64,000 bases of DNA from an uncultured Thermoanaerobaculia bacterium. Its GTDB lineage: Bacteria; Acidobacteriota; Thermoanaerobaculia; Multivoradales; Multivoraceae. Below the pieces are notes generated by a model. That model was given only the letters and a program-made list of their open reading frames with translations, made no database searches and had not been told where the DNA came from. A program made the translations under genes and the position numbers. Positions 41,214 to 51,869 of this stretch are shown here, piece after piece (the stretch's first letter is position 1; each line of letters opens with the position of its first letter). The stretch spans positions 129,889 to 193,888 of the forward strand of contig CATOTG010000011.1 in the NCBI GenBank assembly GCA_951813015.1, in the 5' to 3' direction.

Positions 41214-43301
41214 CTAACGCCGGGCCAGTTCGCCCAGCTTGCGACGCACGGATTCGACGTTCTCCTCGTCATCGATCGCCAGTGCGTGCTCGTAAGCCTC
41301 CCGAGCTCGCCGGATATCGCCGAGCGCGACATAGACATCGCCGAGATGCTCCAGGATGGTGGAATCCTCCGGCGCCAACTCGTTCGCCCGCTCCAGGTGA
41401 CGGCTGGCCTCCTCGAACTGACCCAACCGGAACAGCGCCCAGCCCAGCGAGTCGACGTAGGCGCCGTTGTTCGGTTCGAGCGCCACGGCCCGACGCACGA
41501 GTTCAAGCGCCTGCTCCAGGTTCTCCCCGTTGTCGGCCCACATGTAGCCCAGGTAGTTCATCGCCGTGCTGTTCTCGGGCTGGATCTCGAGCACCGCCTG
41601 GAACTGCTCGGCCGCCTCCTCGAACCGGCGCGTGCGCTCGTACGCCTCGCCGAGCTGGAAGAACAGACCCGCCCTGAGCGTCTCCGGGTCCAGATCGAAG
41701 CCGGTCTCCGCGCCGCTGCCCATCCGCACCAACGCCAGCTCGATCAGGGGCGCGGACTCCTCGAACCGGCCGCGTGCGCGCCAGAAATCGGCGATCCCGA
41801 CCAACTGCCGGACGTCTCCAGCCGCCGCGAACCGATCCAGCACCCGGACGGCGTGACGCGCCTCGTCGAGGTCGACGTAGATCCCGGCCTTCCTGAGGAT
41901 GGCCTGCACGTCGGGGTCACCGGCCTCGCCGCCACGGAGCAACCGCTTGGTGGCCATCGTGTCGCGACGGAGGATGGCCATCGCACGCCGCTTTCGGCCC
42001 GCCTCTGCAAGCAACTCCGCCTGACTCAGCAGGAGTTCCACCGATTCACCGCGCCGCTCGGTTTCGGACTCCAGTTCGGCCAGGGCCTGATCGGTCTTGC
42101 CCAACCGCCGAAGCGCCTCGACCAGAAGACCGAGACCGAAATCCGCGCTGTCCCGGCCCTGCTGCGTTCCCCGGTCGGCGCGGTCGACCATGCCCCTGCC
42201 GATCTGGCGGATCCGCTCCCACTCACCCGCCTCCATCAGCCGTCCAACGAGCTCCCGGAGAAGCTGGGGGTCGTCCGGCTGCTCTCTTCGCAGTCCCTCG
42301 AGAAGGTCGATTGCCTCCGGTCCACGGCCCGAGGCGCCCAGGATGCGAGCTTCGAGTACCCGAGCTCCCGGGTTCCGACGCGCGACCCGCGGCAGTCCCC
42401 GCAGAAGGCGGAGAGCCTCGGCAAGGTCCGCTGCGCGCTGATCCGGCGTGCGCCCGGGAGACGTGGCGCGCCGGTAGTACTCCTCCGCCAGAGCCCCCTG
42501 AACGGGGATGCTGTCGGCCAACTCCGCGGCCAGGCCCTCCAGCATCTCTATCGCCCTGGTGTGGTTGCCCTGGCGACTCTCCCGCCCCGCGAGCTCCAGC
42601 CGCTCCTCGACCGAGCGCTCCTCGGCCGAACGTTCATCGAACCGGCGGATGTCGGCCTCGACCTGCCGCGCCCGTTCGTCCTCGCCGGCCTCCCTCAGGG
42701 CGCCGGCCAGCATGCGCTGGAGTTGACGGTTGCCGTTGTGGTAGCTGACCAGCTCCTCGAGCACGGCCGCCGCCTCCCCCTGCTGCCCCAGAGCCACACG
42801 GATCTGGGACAGAAGCAGCATGCCCTCGATATCGTTCGGCGCCAGCTCGCGCAGCGCTTCGAGCGCTTCCAGGGCGCGGTCCACCGCTTCCCGGTCCCGG
42901 GCCCGGTCGGAGAGGCCCATCTGAATCCGCCCGTATCTGCGCAACACGTCGACGTCATCGGGCGCGTTCCGGTACGCAACGTCCAGGTGTTCCGCCGCCT
43001 CCTCGAGCCGCTGAAGCTGAATCAGGAAGTCGGCGAGTCCAACCCTGAGAAAGGGCGCGTCCGGATCCATGACGACCGCCCGCTCGAAGAGCTCCAGCGC
43101 CTCGTCGGTTCGGCCTTGCTCGCCGGCCAGCATGCGGGCTGCCGCGAACAGGAACGGACCACTTTCGGCGGTCGGCTCATCGCCCTCCTGGCCAGCGGCG
43201 CCCAAGGCGCCAAGGCACAGCAGAACAAGCCATGCCGCGACTGTCTTTCGACGCCGCGTCCCTGGGGTCGAAGACGCCTGGTTGAGTATCGGGGAGTCCA
43301 T
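41214..43301 (-). CDS. exported tetratricopeptide repeat protein
   Basis: Signal peptide, many TPR helices, C-terminal AMNYLGYMWAD...YVDSLGW...ILEHLGDVY. Confidence 0.88.
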   Translation of the reverse strand: MDSPILNQASSTPGTRRRKTVAAWLVLLCLGALGAAGQEGDEPTAESGPFLFAAARMLAGEQGRTDEALELFERAVVMDPDAPFLRVGLADFLIQLQRLEEAAEHLDVAYRNAPDDVDVLRRYGRIQMGLSDRARDREAVDRALEALEALRELAPNDIEGMLLLSQIRVALGQQGEAAAVLEELVSYHNGNRQLQRMLAGALREAGEDERARQVEADIRRFDERSAEERSVEERLELAGRESRQGNHTRAIEMLEGLAAELADSIPVQGALAEEYYRRATSPGRTPDQRAADLAEALRLLRGLPRVARRNPGARVLEARILGASGRGPEAIDLLEGLRREQPDDPQLLRELVGRLMEAGEWERIRQIGRGMVDRADRGTQQGRDSADFGLGLLVEALRRLGKTDQALAELESETERRGESVELLLSQAELLAEAGRKRRAMAILRRDTMATKRLLRGGEAGDPDVQAILRKAGIYVDLDEARHAVRVLDRFAAAGDVRQLVGIADFWRARGRFEESAPLIELALVRMGSGAETGFDLDPETLRAGLFFQLGEAYERTRRFEEAAEQFQAVLEIQPENSTAMNYLGYMWADNGENLEQALELVRRAVALEPNNGAYVDSLGWALFRLGQFEEASRHLERANELAPEDSTILEHLGDVYVALGDIRRAREAYEHALAIDDEENVESVRRKLGELARR

Positions 43302-43317
43302 GCGGCCGCCAAGGTTA

Positions 43318-43429
43318 GCAGTCCCGGCGACCGGTCCTCGGCGGATTCGCAACCTCGGTGCAGCCGCTCGCGGAAGACGATCAAGACGGATCCATCGCAG
43401 TCCCGGCGACCGGTCTTCGGCGGATTCGC
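43318..43429. repeat. 33-bp direct repeat pair with 46-bp spacer
   Basis: GCAGTCCCGGCGACCGGTC(C/T)TCGGCGGATTCGC at 43318-43350 and 43397-43429. Confidence 0.88.
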
Positions 43430-43553
43430 GGCCCCGTGATGCCTTTACCGAAACCGCCCCCAGGCGCTAGAATGACCGATTCACGGCCAGTCGCCCGGCG
43501 GTCTTCGACATACCGCCCGCAGCCTGGCCAACGGCTTTCAGGAGGCGCTCCAG

Positions 43554-43820
43554 ATGATCAAGGCGGACATCGTGAACCGGGTCGCCGAGAACTCGGATCT
43601 TCCCCGCGTCAAGGCCGCCCGAGCCGTCGACACGATCCTCGGCGCGATGAAGACCGCCCTCGGCGACGGCAAGCGAATCGAGCTCCGCGGCTTCGGCGTC
43701 TTCCAGGTTCGCAACCGCAAGCGCGGCGTGGGGCGCAACCCGAAGACCGGCGTCGAGGTGACGATCGCGCCCGGCAAGACGGTCCGGTTCAAGCCGGGCA
43801 AGGAACTCAAGAACCTCTAG
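43554..43820 (+). CDS. HU/IHF family DNA-binding protein
   Basis: MIKADIV, IELRGFGVF, GRNPKTG, VRFKPGKEL. Confidence 0.95.
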   Translation: MIKADIVNRVAENSDLPRVKAARAVDTILGAMKTALGDGKRIELRGFGVFQVRNRKRGVGRNPKTGVEVTIAPGKTVRFKPGKELKNL

Positions 43821-43849
43821 AGGCCTGACCTGTACAGTTGACGCAAGTT

Positions 43850-43885
43850 CCGCCGAGTGGGTGCGCCGGCCTGCACGCTCGGCGG
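43850..43885. terminator. hairpin between convergent HU and dtd genes
   Basis: CCGCCGAG...CTCGGCGG stem, with a second small hairpin directly after it. Confidence 0.35.
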
Positions 43886-43902
43886 TCTGAGGCGAAGCCT
43901 CG

Positions 43903-44352
43903 CTAGTTCTTCCGTCGAAACTCCAGCACGAACGTCACCGGTCCGTCGTTCACCAGGCGCACCTCCATCCGGGCGCCGAAACGGCCGCCTTCGACGACCA
44001 GTCCCGCCTCCTCCAGCCGCCCGCGCAGCCTGGCCAGCAGCGGCTCTGCCACCTCCGGACGTGCCGCCCGGTCGAAGGAAGGACGTCTTCCCTTCCGTGT
44101 CGAGGCCGCGAGCGTGAACTGCGAAACGAGCAGGATCGCGCCGCCTGCCTGCCTCACGTCGAGGTTCATCCTCCCCTGCCCGTCGTCGAAGATGCGCAGA
44201 CGGGCCAGTCTGGCCGCCGCGGCAGCCGCCTGGTCCTCGCCGTCGCCGACCTCCACTCCCGCCAGCACAAGCAGACCGCCGTCGATCCGGCCGACGGTCC
44301 GGCCGTCGACCGTCACCGACGCTGAACTGACCCGCTGCACGACCAGGCGCAC
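43903..44352 (-). CDS. dtd: D-aminoacyl-tRNA deacylase
   Basis: [37 protein letters not shown]. Confidence 0.95.
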   Translation of the reverse strand: MRLVVQRVSSASVTVDGRTVGRIDGGLLVLAGVEVGDGEDQAAAAAARLARLRIFDDGQGRMNLDVRQAGGAILLVSQFTLAASTRKGRRPSFDRAARPEVAEPLLARLRGRLEEAGLVVEGGRFGARMEVRLVNDGPVTFVLEFRRKN

Positions 44353-44606
44353 GCCGGAACGATACAGCCGAACTGACGCCCGTCGCCGCGATGCCTTCGC
44401 TCTCCAGGCAGTGACTTGCCGCGCCAAGCCGCTCCCCGGCCCGCTCGTCCAGCGGTTACGATCCAGGCCCCGGGCCGGGCGACGCTCCGGACCCGGCTTC
44501 CGTACAACAAGGCGAGAGACACGATGCCGGTCGTCCCGGGGACACTCGCCTGCCGAACACCAACCGCCCTCCCTCCCGAAACACCAGAAAGGACGCCTCT
44601 CCCGCC

Positions 44607-45059
44607 ATGTTGAACCACGTGATCCTGATCGGCCACCTCGGCCGCGACCCGGAACTCCGCACGACCCAATCCGGCCAGACCGTCGCCAACCTGAGGCTCG
44701 CCACGAGCCGGCGCTGGACCGACCGCGACGGCAACCGCCAGGAACAGACGGAATGGCACACGATCGTCTGCTGGGGCCGTCAGGCGGAAGTCGCCGGCCA
44801 GTACCTGACCAGAGGCAAGCTGGTGTCGGTCGAAGGCCGTCTGCAAACCCGTTCGTGGGAGGACAAGCAGACCGGCCAGAAGCGCTACGCGACCGAAATC
44901 GTCTGCCGAAACTTCCAGATGCTCGGCGGCCGCGGCGACACCGGCGGACAGCAGGACGGTCAGCCCGGCCATGGGCGAAACCAGAGCGCAGCCGCCCAGT
45001 CAGCGCCCCAGGACCCCGGCTTCGATCCCGCCGGCGCCGACGACGACATCCCCTTCTGA
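44607..45059 (+). CDS. ssb: single-stranded DNA-binding protein
   Basis: [32 protein letters not shown]-terminal DDDIPF. Confidence 0.97.
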   Translation: MLNHVILIGHLGRDPELRTTQSGQTVANLRLATSRRWTDRDGNRQEQTEWHTIVCWGRQAEVAGQYLTRGKLVSVEGRLQTRSWEDKQTGQKRYATEIVCRNFQMLGGRGDTGGQQDGQPGHGRNQSAAAQSAPQDPGFDPAGADDDIPF

Positions 45060-45142
45060 ACAACTGCGGTGCGCCGGGTCGCCCCCGCCCGCGTGCCGGT
45101 CGTGGCGCAGAATCGAGACCACTTGCAAGCGCGCTCTCCGAC

Positions 45143-45178
45143 CTGTTTGCCGCGGGTCTTCTGGCCCGCGGCAGACAG
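45143..45178. terminator. 16-bp stem hairpin between convergent ssb and mutS
   Basis: CTGTTTGCCGCGGGTC-ttct-GGCCCGCGGCAGACAG with two G:U pairs. Confidence 0.55.
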
Positions 45179-45221
45179 CGGCCGGCGCCGCGAAGCGGCG
45201 AGTTCGAGGCGTCGAGCCCGT

Positions 45222-47978
45222 CTACCCGCCGCCGGACCCTGAAGTCTCCGGCGGCTTCACGCCGGACCTGAGCCGATCCTGAAGGGTCTGCAGGAGGTTC
45301 AAAGCGGCCACCGGCGTCAACTTGTTCACGTCGACCGCCCGCAGCGCCTCGATCACCGCCTCGTCCTGGCCATCCCATAGCGCGAGCTGGTCGGGAAGCT
45401 GGTCAAGCGGCGCGCCGGCCGCGCCGAGTGCGACCCGCGGCTTGCCGGAGAAGCTGAACTGCTGGGATTCGATGTTGGCCAGTACCGCCGCCGCTCGCTC
45501 GACCACCTCCACGGGGACTCCGGCCAGGCGCGCGACGTGCAGTCCGTAGGACTTGTCCGCGCGGCCGGCCGCGACCCGGTGAAGGAACAGGATCCGGTCC
45601 TGCCATTCCTTGACCGCCATCCGGCGATTCGCAACCCGAACGAGCGTGGCCGGCAGACCGGTCAACTCGTGGTAGTGGGTGGCAAAGAGCGCCAGGCACC
45701 CGTTGTGCTCGTGGAGGCGCTCGACGATCGCCCAGGCCAGCGACAGCCCGTCGTAGGTCGAGGTGCCGCGCCCCACTTCGTCGAGCACGACCAGGCTGTC
45801 GCGTGTCGCGTGGCGCAGGATGTTCGCGGTTTCGACCATTTCCACCATGAACGTGGACTCCCCGCGCGCCAGATCGTCGCTCGCGCCGACGCGGGTGAAG
45901 ATGCGGTCGACCAGACCGATCTCAGCGCTCTCGGCGGGCACGAAGCTGCCGGCGTGGGCCATCAGCACGATCAGCGCGACCTGTCTCAGGTAGGTCGACT
46001 TGCCGCCCATGTTGGGACCCGTGAGCAGCACGATCTGCTCCTTCTCGCGGTCGAGTGCGGCATCGTTCGGAACGAAGCCCGAGGCGCCGCGCACCGCCGC
46101 CGAGGACCGTTCGACCACCGGATGGCGCCCTTCGCGAATGTCGACCCGGCCGCCGGCCGGCAGCATCCGCGGCCGCACATAGGCGTAGCGGCCGGCAGCC
46201 TCGGCCAGAGCCACCAGGCAGTCGACCTCAGCCAGCGCGGCGGCGAGTTCCAGGAGCCCCGGCGCCTGGCCCGCAGCCTCCCTGCGCAAGTTCTCGAACA
46301 ACTCCTGTTCCAGCGCCAGTTGCCCGCTCTCCGCGCCGAGGATCTGTTCCTCCAGCGTCTTCAGCTCGTCCGTCACGTAACGCTCGGCGTTGGTCAGCGT
46401 CTGCCGGCGGACATAGTGGTCGGGAACGCGATCCTGCTGGGTCTTGCGGACCTCGAAGTAGTAGCCGAAGACCCGGTTGTAGCCAACCTTGAGCGTCGCG
46501 ATGCCGGTCGCCTCGCGCTCGCCGGCTTCAAGCGCCGCAATGTGGCCCTTGCCGTCCCGCGCCAGCGACCGGAGACGGTCCAGCTCGTCGTCGACGCCAG
46601 CGGCGATCACGCCGCCTTCCGTCAGGGACCCGGGCGTCTCCGCCAGCACCGCGTCCAGCCTCGCGCGGAGCCTGGCCAGCGGATTCACTGCCCGCAGACG
46701 TTCCAGCCGGTCCGCCTGAAGCCCCTCGAGGGCCCCCAGCACGCACGGCGCCTCGCGCAGGGTGTCCCGCAGCGCGCCCGCCTCCCGCGGCGTGATTCGC
46801 CCCAGGACCGCACGCGAAGTGAGACGCTCCAGATCGCCAATCCGCTTCAAGCGCGACCGGAGCGCCTCCCTCCGGGCAATGCCCGAGAGCAGGGCGGCCA
46901 CTGCGTCATGACGGTCGCCAAGCGCGGCCAGATCCCGCAGCGGCCGGCCCAGCCAGCGCCGCAGCATGCGCGCCCCCGGCCCGGTGAGGGTCAGGTCGAG
47001 CACCTCGACCAGGGTCCGGCCCGCCTGATGCCGGAGGTGGCGGAAGACCTCCAGGTTGCGCAGCGTCGTCTCGTCCAGAACGACACACCGGTCGTCATGC
47101 TGGACCTCGAGGGCGGCAACGTGGTCGACGTCGGACCGGGCGGCGCGGCGGGCATAGTCCAGGACCAGGGCCGCCGCGGTCACCGCGGCCTCGCCCTCCA
47201 CCAGCCCGAAGCCGCGCAGATTCTCAACGCCGAACTGCCGCCGCAGCGCACGTTCGGCGGACGTGGGCCGGGGCGCCTCGGGCTCGTCGAGTTCCGTGTG
47301 CGGTGTGCCGGCGCGCGCTATCCACGCCGCCAGATGGCCGTCCGGGTCGCCCCCGCCGACCTCGAAGTCGGCGGCGCGGGTGAGGACTTCGCGCGGCGCC
47401 AGCCGTTCCAGGTCCTCGACCGCCTCCGCGGCGTCCGGCCAACGTCGCACGAAGAACTCGCCGGTCGAGACGTCGAGAAAGGCGCCCGCCCCGGACTCCC
47501 CGTCAAACCGGATTCCGGCCAGGTAGTTCGGACGGGCCTGGTCCAGCATTTCGAGGTCGTTGATCGTGCCCGGCGTCACAATCCGCGTCACCTCGCGACG
47601 GACCAAACCACGCGCCTGCGCCGGATCCTCCACCTGATCGCAGACCGCGACCTTGAAGCCGGCCTCCAGCAACCGTCCGATGTAGGCGTCGGCCGCATGA
47701 TGGGGGACGCCGCACATCGGCGCCTCGCTGGCCGTCCCCTTCTGGCGCGCGGTCAGGGCCAGGTCGAGCACCTGCGCCGCGGTCACCGCGTCCTCGAAGA
47801 ACATCTCGAAGAAGTCGCCCATCCGGTAGAGGAGGATGGCATCGGGATGCTCCGCCTTCACCGTCAGGTAGTGCCGGAGCATCGGCGTCATCGCCGAGAG
47901 CTCCCGCGCCGGCGCCCGCGATCCGGCGGCCGACGCCCGCGAATCCTCCGCGTCTTCGGCGGTGCTCGATGTAACCAC
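45222..47978 (-). CDS. mutS: DNA mismatch repair protein MutS
   Basis: [57 protein letters not shown]. Start GTG 47978 or ATG 47891. Confidence 0.96.
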   Translation of the reverse strand: MVTSSTAEDAEDSRASAAGSRAPARELSAMTPMLRHYLTVKAEHPDAILLYRMGDFFEMFFEDAVTAAQVLDLALTARQKGTASEAPMCGVPHHAADAYIGRLLEAGFKVAVCDQVEDPAQARGLVRREVTRIVTPGTINDLEMLDQARPNYLAGIRFDGESGAGAFLDVSTGEFFVRRWPDAAEAVEDLERLAPREVLTRAADFEVGGGDPDGHLAAWIARAGTPHTELDEPEAPRPTSAERALRRQFGVENLRGFGLVEGEAAVTAAALVLDYARRAARSDVDHVAALEVQHDDRCVVLDETTLRNLEVFRHLRHQAGRTLVEVLDLTLTGPGARMLRRWLGRPLRDLAALGDRHDAVAALLSGIARREALRSRLKRIGDLERLTSRAVLGRITPREAGALRDTLREAPCVLGALEGLQADRLERLRAVNPLARLRARLDAVLAETPGSLTEGGVIAAGVDDELDRLRSLARDGKGHIAALEAGEREATGIATLKVGYNRVFGYYFEVRKTQQDRVPDHYVRRQTLTNAERYVTDELKTLEEQILGAESGQLALEQELFENLRREAAGQAPGLLELAAALAEVDCLVALAEAAGRYAYVRPRMLPAGGRVDIREGRHPVVERSSAAVRGASGFVPNDAALDREKEQIVLLTGPNMGGKSTYLRQVALIVLMAHAGSFVPAESAEIGLVDRIFTRVGASDDLARGESTFMVEMVETANILRHATRDSLVVLDEVGRGTSTYDGLSLAWAIVERLHEHNGCLALFATHYHELTGLPATLVRVANRRMAVKEWQDRILFLHRVAAGRADKSYGLHVARLAGVPVEVVERAAAVLANIESQQFSFSGKPRVALGAAGAPLDQLPDQLALWDGQDEAVIEALRAVDVNKLTPVAALNLLQTLQDRLRSGVKPPETSGSGGG

Positions 47979-47989
47979 GGGCGACCGGC

Positions 47990-47997
47990 AGTATATT
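47990..47997. promoter_or_regulatory. overlapping divergent -10 elements (TATATT on +, TATACT on -)
   Basis: AGTATATT core in the 26-bp gap between mutS GTG 47978 and tsaB ATG 48005. Confidence 0.55.
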
Positions 47998-48004
47998 GAC
48001 CGGC

Positions 48005-48706
48005 ATGGCGCCGCTGCTCGCACTCGACACCGGCTCGGCGGTCGTCAGCGTGGCGGTCGGCGAACCGGGCAACTTCGAGGTCCTGTCCGCGCCCCAGGGG
48101 CGTTCGTCGCGCGAGTTGATCGCGATGATCGACGAGCTGCTGGGCCGCGGCGGCATGACGCCGCGGGACCTCGCGGGCATCGGGGCCGCTCGCGGACCGG
48201 GGAGCTTCACCGGTCTGCGGGTTGGATTGGCCACGGCGCTGGGACTTCACCAGGCCTCCGGCGTTCTGGCGGGCGCCGCATCGACGTTCGAGATCCTGGC
48301 CGCCCACTACTTCGAGCGCACGGGCAACGGCGCGTCCGAGGTGGTGGCCGTCATCGACGCCCTGCGTGAGCGCTGGTACGCCCAGCCCATGCGACGGCGG
48401 GAGAACGGCAGGATCGAAGTCGTCGGTCCGCCGGAGATCAGAGATCAGGCCGACCTCATCCGCGGCCGGCTGCCGCTCGTCGGGCAGGGCGTGTTCCGGC
48501 TTCCCGGCCCGGCCGGTGGTGCGATCGAAGCGTCCGAGCTCGCGCCGACCCTGCTCCAGCTCATGGCGGACGGCGACGTGAGCCGGGATGGCCGAACGCT
48601 GACCGAGCCGCTCTACCTGCGCTCGCCGGCCACCAGCCCGTCGACTCGCCCACCCGGCAGCCCGCGCCCGAATCGACAGCGTCTCCGCGCCCGCAGACCG
48701 ACCTGA
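48005..48706 (+). CDS. tsaB: t6A biosynthesis protein TsaB
   Basis: LLALDTG, GPGSFTGLRVG, IDA.R, EPLYLR. Confidence 0.9.
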   Translation: MAPLLALDTGSAVVSVAVGEPGNFEVLSAPQGRSSRELIAMIDELLGRGGMTPRDLAGIGAARGPGSFTGLRVGLATALGLHQASGVLAGAASTFEILAAHYFERTGNGASEVVAVIDALRERWYAQPMRRRENGRIEVVGPPEIRDQADLIRGRLPLVGQGVFRLPGPAGGAIEASELAPTLLQLMADGDVSRDGRTLTEPLYLRSPATSPSTRPPGSPRPNRQRLRARRPT

Positions 48707-48793
48707 CGGAAGCGGGTTCAAACCTGCTAGCTGCTAGTCTCCTTGCAGAGACTGTTCGGAGCCGGGACAACCACGAAGGGAGGCGCGTACCGA

Positions 48794-49021
48794 ATGAGCG
48801 ATGACGCAGTCAAGGAAGAGCTTCTGGCCCAGGAGGGTGAGTTCCGCAAGCTCTACGACGAGCATCAGGCCTGTGAGAGCCAACTCGAAGAACTGGTCGG
48901 TCGTCCCGTCCTGTCGCCGATCGACCACTCCGAGGCCAAGCGCATCAAGCTTCACAAACTCGCCCTCAAGGACCGCATGGAGTCGATCCTCCGGTCACAC
49001 GCTCTTCAAGCCGCCAGGTAG
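48794..49021 (+). CDS. small coiled-coil protein (DUF465/YdcH-like)
   Basis: EFRKLYDEH...KRIKLHKLALKDRM; GGAGG RBS upstream. Confidence 0.75.
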   Translation: MSDDAVKEELLAQEGEFRKLYDEHQACESQLEELVGRPVLSPIDHSEAKRIKLHKLALKDRMESILRSHALQAAR

Positions 49022-49090
49022 CGCGGCAAGGCCCCACCCCCCGCCGTTTCACGCCCGGCGATACGGACGCGTCGGGGCGGACCTGAACGG

Positions 49091-49789
49091 ATGAGATTCA
49101 CACGGGAAGCCTGGCCCTTCGTGCTGCCGTTCCTGGCTCTTGCCGGCGTGTTCTGGCTGGTCGGCGTTCTTCCGGCTGCTGTCGCGATGACAGCGCTCGG
49201 TCTTCTGGTGCTTCTCTTCTTCCGCGATCCGACGCGGAACTATGACGGCCCCCCCGACGTCGTTCTCGCGCCCGCCGAGGGCACGGTCACCGCGGTCGAG
49301 GTCATCACCGACAGCGCTCTCGGTGACGAAACGTGGCGCCGCATCTCGATCTTTCTGTCGGTGTTCAACGTGCATACCCAGAAGACGCCCGTGGAGGGGG
49401 TCGTGATCGGCAGCATCGCGACACCGGGCAAGAAGCTGCCGGCGTACCGCAAGGAGGCGGGCGACGTGAACGAGAACCACCTGACCCTGCTCCGCCGCAC
49501 CCAGGGCGACCTGATCGCGGTGCGCCAGATTGCCGGCCTGGTCGCGCGTCGCGTCGTCTCCCGCCTGCAGGCAGGTCAACGGGTGATCCAGGGAGAGCCC
49601 CTCGGCCTGATCAAGTTCGGTTCCAGAGTCGATGTGTTCGTACCGATGTCCTACGACCCGCTGGTTGAGAAGGGACAGCGCGTGATCTCCGGGGAGACGC
49701 CGATTGCCATGCCCACCGATCCGTCGACCCCGCCGCCCGGCGACTTCCCCGTCAGCAGGCCCTCGACCCGCCCTTCAGGCGCCCAATGA
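49091..49789 (+). CDS. psd: phosphatidylserine decarboxylase proenzyme
   Basis: FFRDPTR, SIFLSVFNVH, QIAGLVARR, IKFGSRVD self-cleavage motif; adjacent to pssA. Confidence 0.92.
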   Translation: MRFTREAWPFVLPFLALAGVFWLVGVLPAAVAMTALGLLVLLFFRDPTRNYDGPPDVVLAPAEGTVTAVEVITDSALGDETWRRISIFLSVFNVHTQKTPVEGVVIGSIATPGKKLPAYRKEAGDVNENHLTLLRRTQGDLIAVRQIAGLVARRVVSRLQAGQRVIQGEPLGLIKFGSRVDVFVPMSYDPLVEKGQRVISGETPIAMPTDPSTPPPGDFPVSRPSTRPSGAQ

Positions 49790-50628
49790 CCTGGAAGCGG
49801 CCCGGAAGACGCGGCAGGCCCTTGCGAGCAGGGGCCAACTCCAGGTTCGATACGGGGTCGTCGGCCCCACCGCGCAGACCTTTGCGAGCGGGGGCCTACC
49901 TCATCCCCAGCCTGTTCACGACGGCGAACATGCTGCTCGGTTTCTACGCTCTGCTGGCAGGCCTGGAAGGACAGTTTCGGGCCGCAGTTCTGATGCTCTT
50001 CGCGGCCGCCGTGCTCGACACGCTGGACGGCCGGATCGCGCGTCTGACCAGTACCGCAAGCCCTTTCGGACGGGAGTACGACTCGCTCGCCGACCTGGTT
50101 TCCTTCGGCCTCGCGCCCGCCCTGCTCTGCTACCTGTGGGGCCTGGACGAACTCGGCCGGGTCGGCTTCGCGGCCCCCGCCGTCTACCTCCTCTGCAGCG
50201 CGGCAAGGCTCGCCCGCTTCAACGTCAGCCGGAGCACGACCGATCCCAGGTACTTCATCGGCTTGCCCGCGCCCGCGGCAGCCGGCGCCATCGGCTCGAT
50301 CCTCTTCTTCGTCGACACCAGGGGCGACTCCTTCGTGCTCCAGCTCGCGGTCCTCGGCGCCCTGGTCCTCGTCGGCCTGCTCTCGGTGTCCACCTTCCGC
50401 TACCTGAGCTTCAAGGAAATCGACTTCCGGCGCCGCAGGGGCTTCCGCGTCGTCGTGGTCATCGCCGCGATCACGGTCCTCGCCCTGATCCACATCGGTC
50501 TCTTCTTCCTCGTGGGCGCCTGGAGCTACGCACTTTCGGGACCGACGGCCTGGCTGGGAAGAAGGCTGCGCCGACGAGGCCGGACCGGTCGCACCGAGGC
50601 CGAGGCGGCAGCCGACCCCGGCGCCTGA
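49786..50628 (+). CDS. pssA: CDP-diacylglycerol--serine O-phosphatidyltransferase
   Basis: IPSLFT, DTLDGRIAR, FGREYDSLADLVSFG, RLARFNV, FIGLPAP. Confidence 0.92.
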   Translation: MTWKRPGRRGRPLRAGANSRFDTGSSAPPRRPLRAGAYLIPSLFTTANMLLGFYALLAGLEGQFRAAVLMLFAAAVLDTLDGRIARLTSTASPFGREYDSLADLVSFGLAPALLCYLWGLDELGRVGFAAPAVYLLCSAARLARFNVSRSTTDPRYFIGLPAPAAAGAIGSILFFVDTRGDSFVLQLAVLGALVLVGLLSVSTFRYLSFKEIDFRRRRGFRVVVVIAAITVLALIHIGLFFLVGAWSYALSGPTAWLGRRLRRRGRTGRTEAEAAADPGA

Positions 50629-50712
50629 CGCGGCCGATTCGCGGCCGATACACCGACTTGCAGAATGGTGGGGAGTCCCGGTTCAGCCGCCCGCTGCTAC
50701 TCTCCGCGGCCC

Positions 50713-51654
50713 ATGACGACTGCCTCGCCCAGCAACCATCACCGCCTCACGATTCTCGGCTCGGGGCCGGCCGGTCTCACCGCGGCCCTCTACGCCGCCC
50801 GGGCCGACCTGGCGCCCCTCGTCCTCGAGGGCAGCCAGCCCGGCGGCCAGCTGACGATCACCACCGATGTCGAGAACTACCCGGGATTCCCCGAGGGGAT
50901 CATGGGACCCGAGCTGATCGACCAGATGCGGGCCCAGGCCCGGCGCTTCGGCGCCGACACCCGATTCGAGACCGGCGCCTTCGTCGCTCTGAACGAGCGG
51001 CCGTTCCGGATCGAGACGGACGGCGGCGAGTACTCGACCGACGCCCTGATCATCGCCACCGGCGCCTCGGCCCGCCAGTTGGGCCTTTCCTCGGAGGCGG
51101 AGCTCATGGGGTACGGCGTCTCGGCCTGCGCCACCTGCGACGGCTTCTTCTTCCGCGACAAGGAGCTCGTCGTGGTGGGCGGCGGCGACACGGCGATGGA
51201 AGAGGCCACCTTCCTGACCAGGTTCGCCAGCAAGGTGACGATCGTTCACCGTCGCGGCGAACTGCGGGCCTCGGCGATCATGCGCGACCGCGCTGCCGCC
51301 AACGAGAAGATCGACTGGCGATTCCACGCCACGGTAGAGGAAATCCACGGTTCCCGGGCGGAGGGCGTGCGAGGCGTGCGCCTGCGCGACCCCCGCTCGG
51401 GCGACGAATCGGACTTCGCCTGCCAGGGCGTCTTCATGGCCATCGGCCATACCCCGAACACCGAGCTGTTCCGGGACAAGCTGGCGATGGACGAGGTGGG
51501 CTACCTCAAGGTGCACCATCCGGGCACCGCGACGGACATCGAGGGCGTATTCGCCTGCGGCGACGTGATGGATCCGACCTACCGCCAGGCGGTCACCGCC
51601 GCCGGCACCGGCTGCCAGGCCGCAATCGACGCCGAACGCTGGCTGAGCGAGTGA
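50713..51654 (+). CDS. trxB: thioredoxin-disulfide reductase
   Basis: [42 protein letters not shown]. Confidence 0.96.
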   Translation: MTTASPSNHHRLTILGSGPAGLTAALYAARADLAPLVLEGSQPGGQLTITTDVENYPGFPEGIMGPELIDQMRAQARRFGADTRFETGAFVALNERPFRIETDGGEYSTDALIIATGASARQLGLSSEAELMGYGVSACATCDGFFFRDKELVVVGGGDTAMEEATFLTRFASKVTIVHRRGELRASAIMRDRAAANEKIDWRFHATVEEIHGSRAEGVRGVRLRDPRSGDESDFACQGVFMAIGHTPNTELFRDKLAMDEVGYLKVHHPGTATDIEGVFACGDVMDPTYRQAVTAAGTGCQAAIDAERWLSE

Positions 51655-51869
51655 TGGACGAGGTCCCGCTCGACGGGCAAGGGCCAGCCCTTCACCCACA
51701 TCAAGGTTTGAGGCGATGATCTGCGTCCGGGCGCGGGCCACCGACTCCGCTGCGGTCGAGGCGCTGATGGCGGAGACCGGCAGTCTGCCGCCCAACGGGT
51801 AATCGCAGGTCCAGCCGGGCGCAGTAGACTGACCGCCCACAACCGCACCACCTGACGAGGACGGCACGC

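Noticed and set aside
44357-44373. Possible LexA box (GAAC-N7-GAAC type) between dtd and ssb
   Set aside because: Spacing is 9 nt, not 7, and it overlaps the likely dtd -10; no matching box was seen near uvrB.
49814-49896. 23-bp repeat (20/23, offset 60) in the pssA N-terminus encoding RPLRAGA twice
   Set aside because: It is real but short and off the 72-79 bp period, so it was not counted as support for that pattern.
51651-51802. Short ORFs after trxB (possible gene remnant or readthrough)
   Set aside because: Fragments are under 30 aa with no identifiable family and no evidence for recoding.
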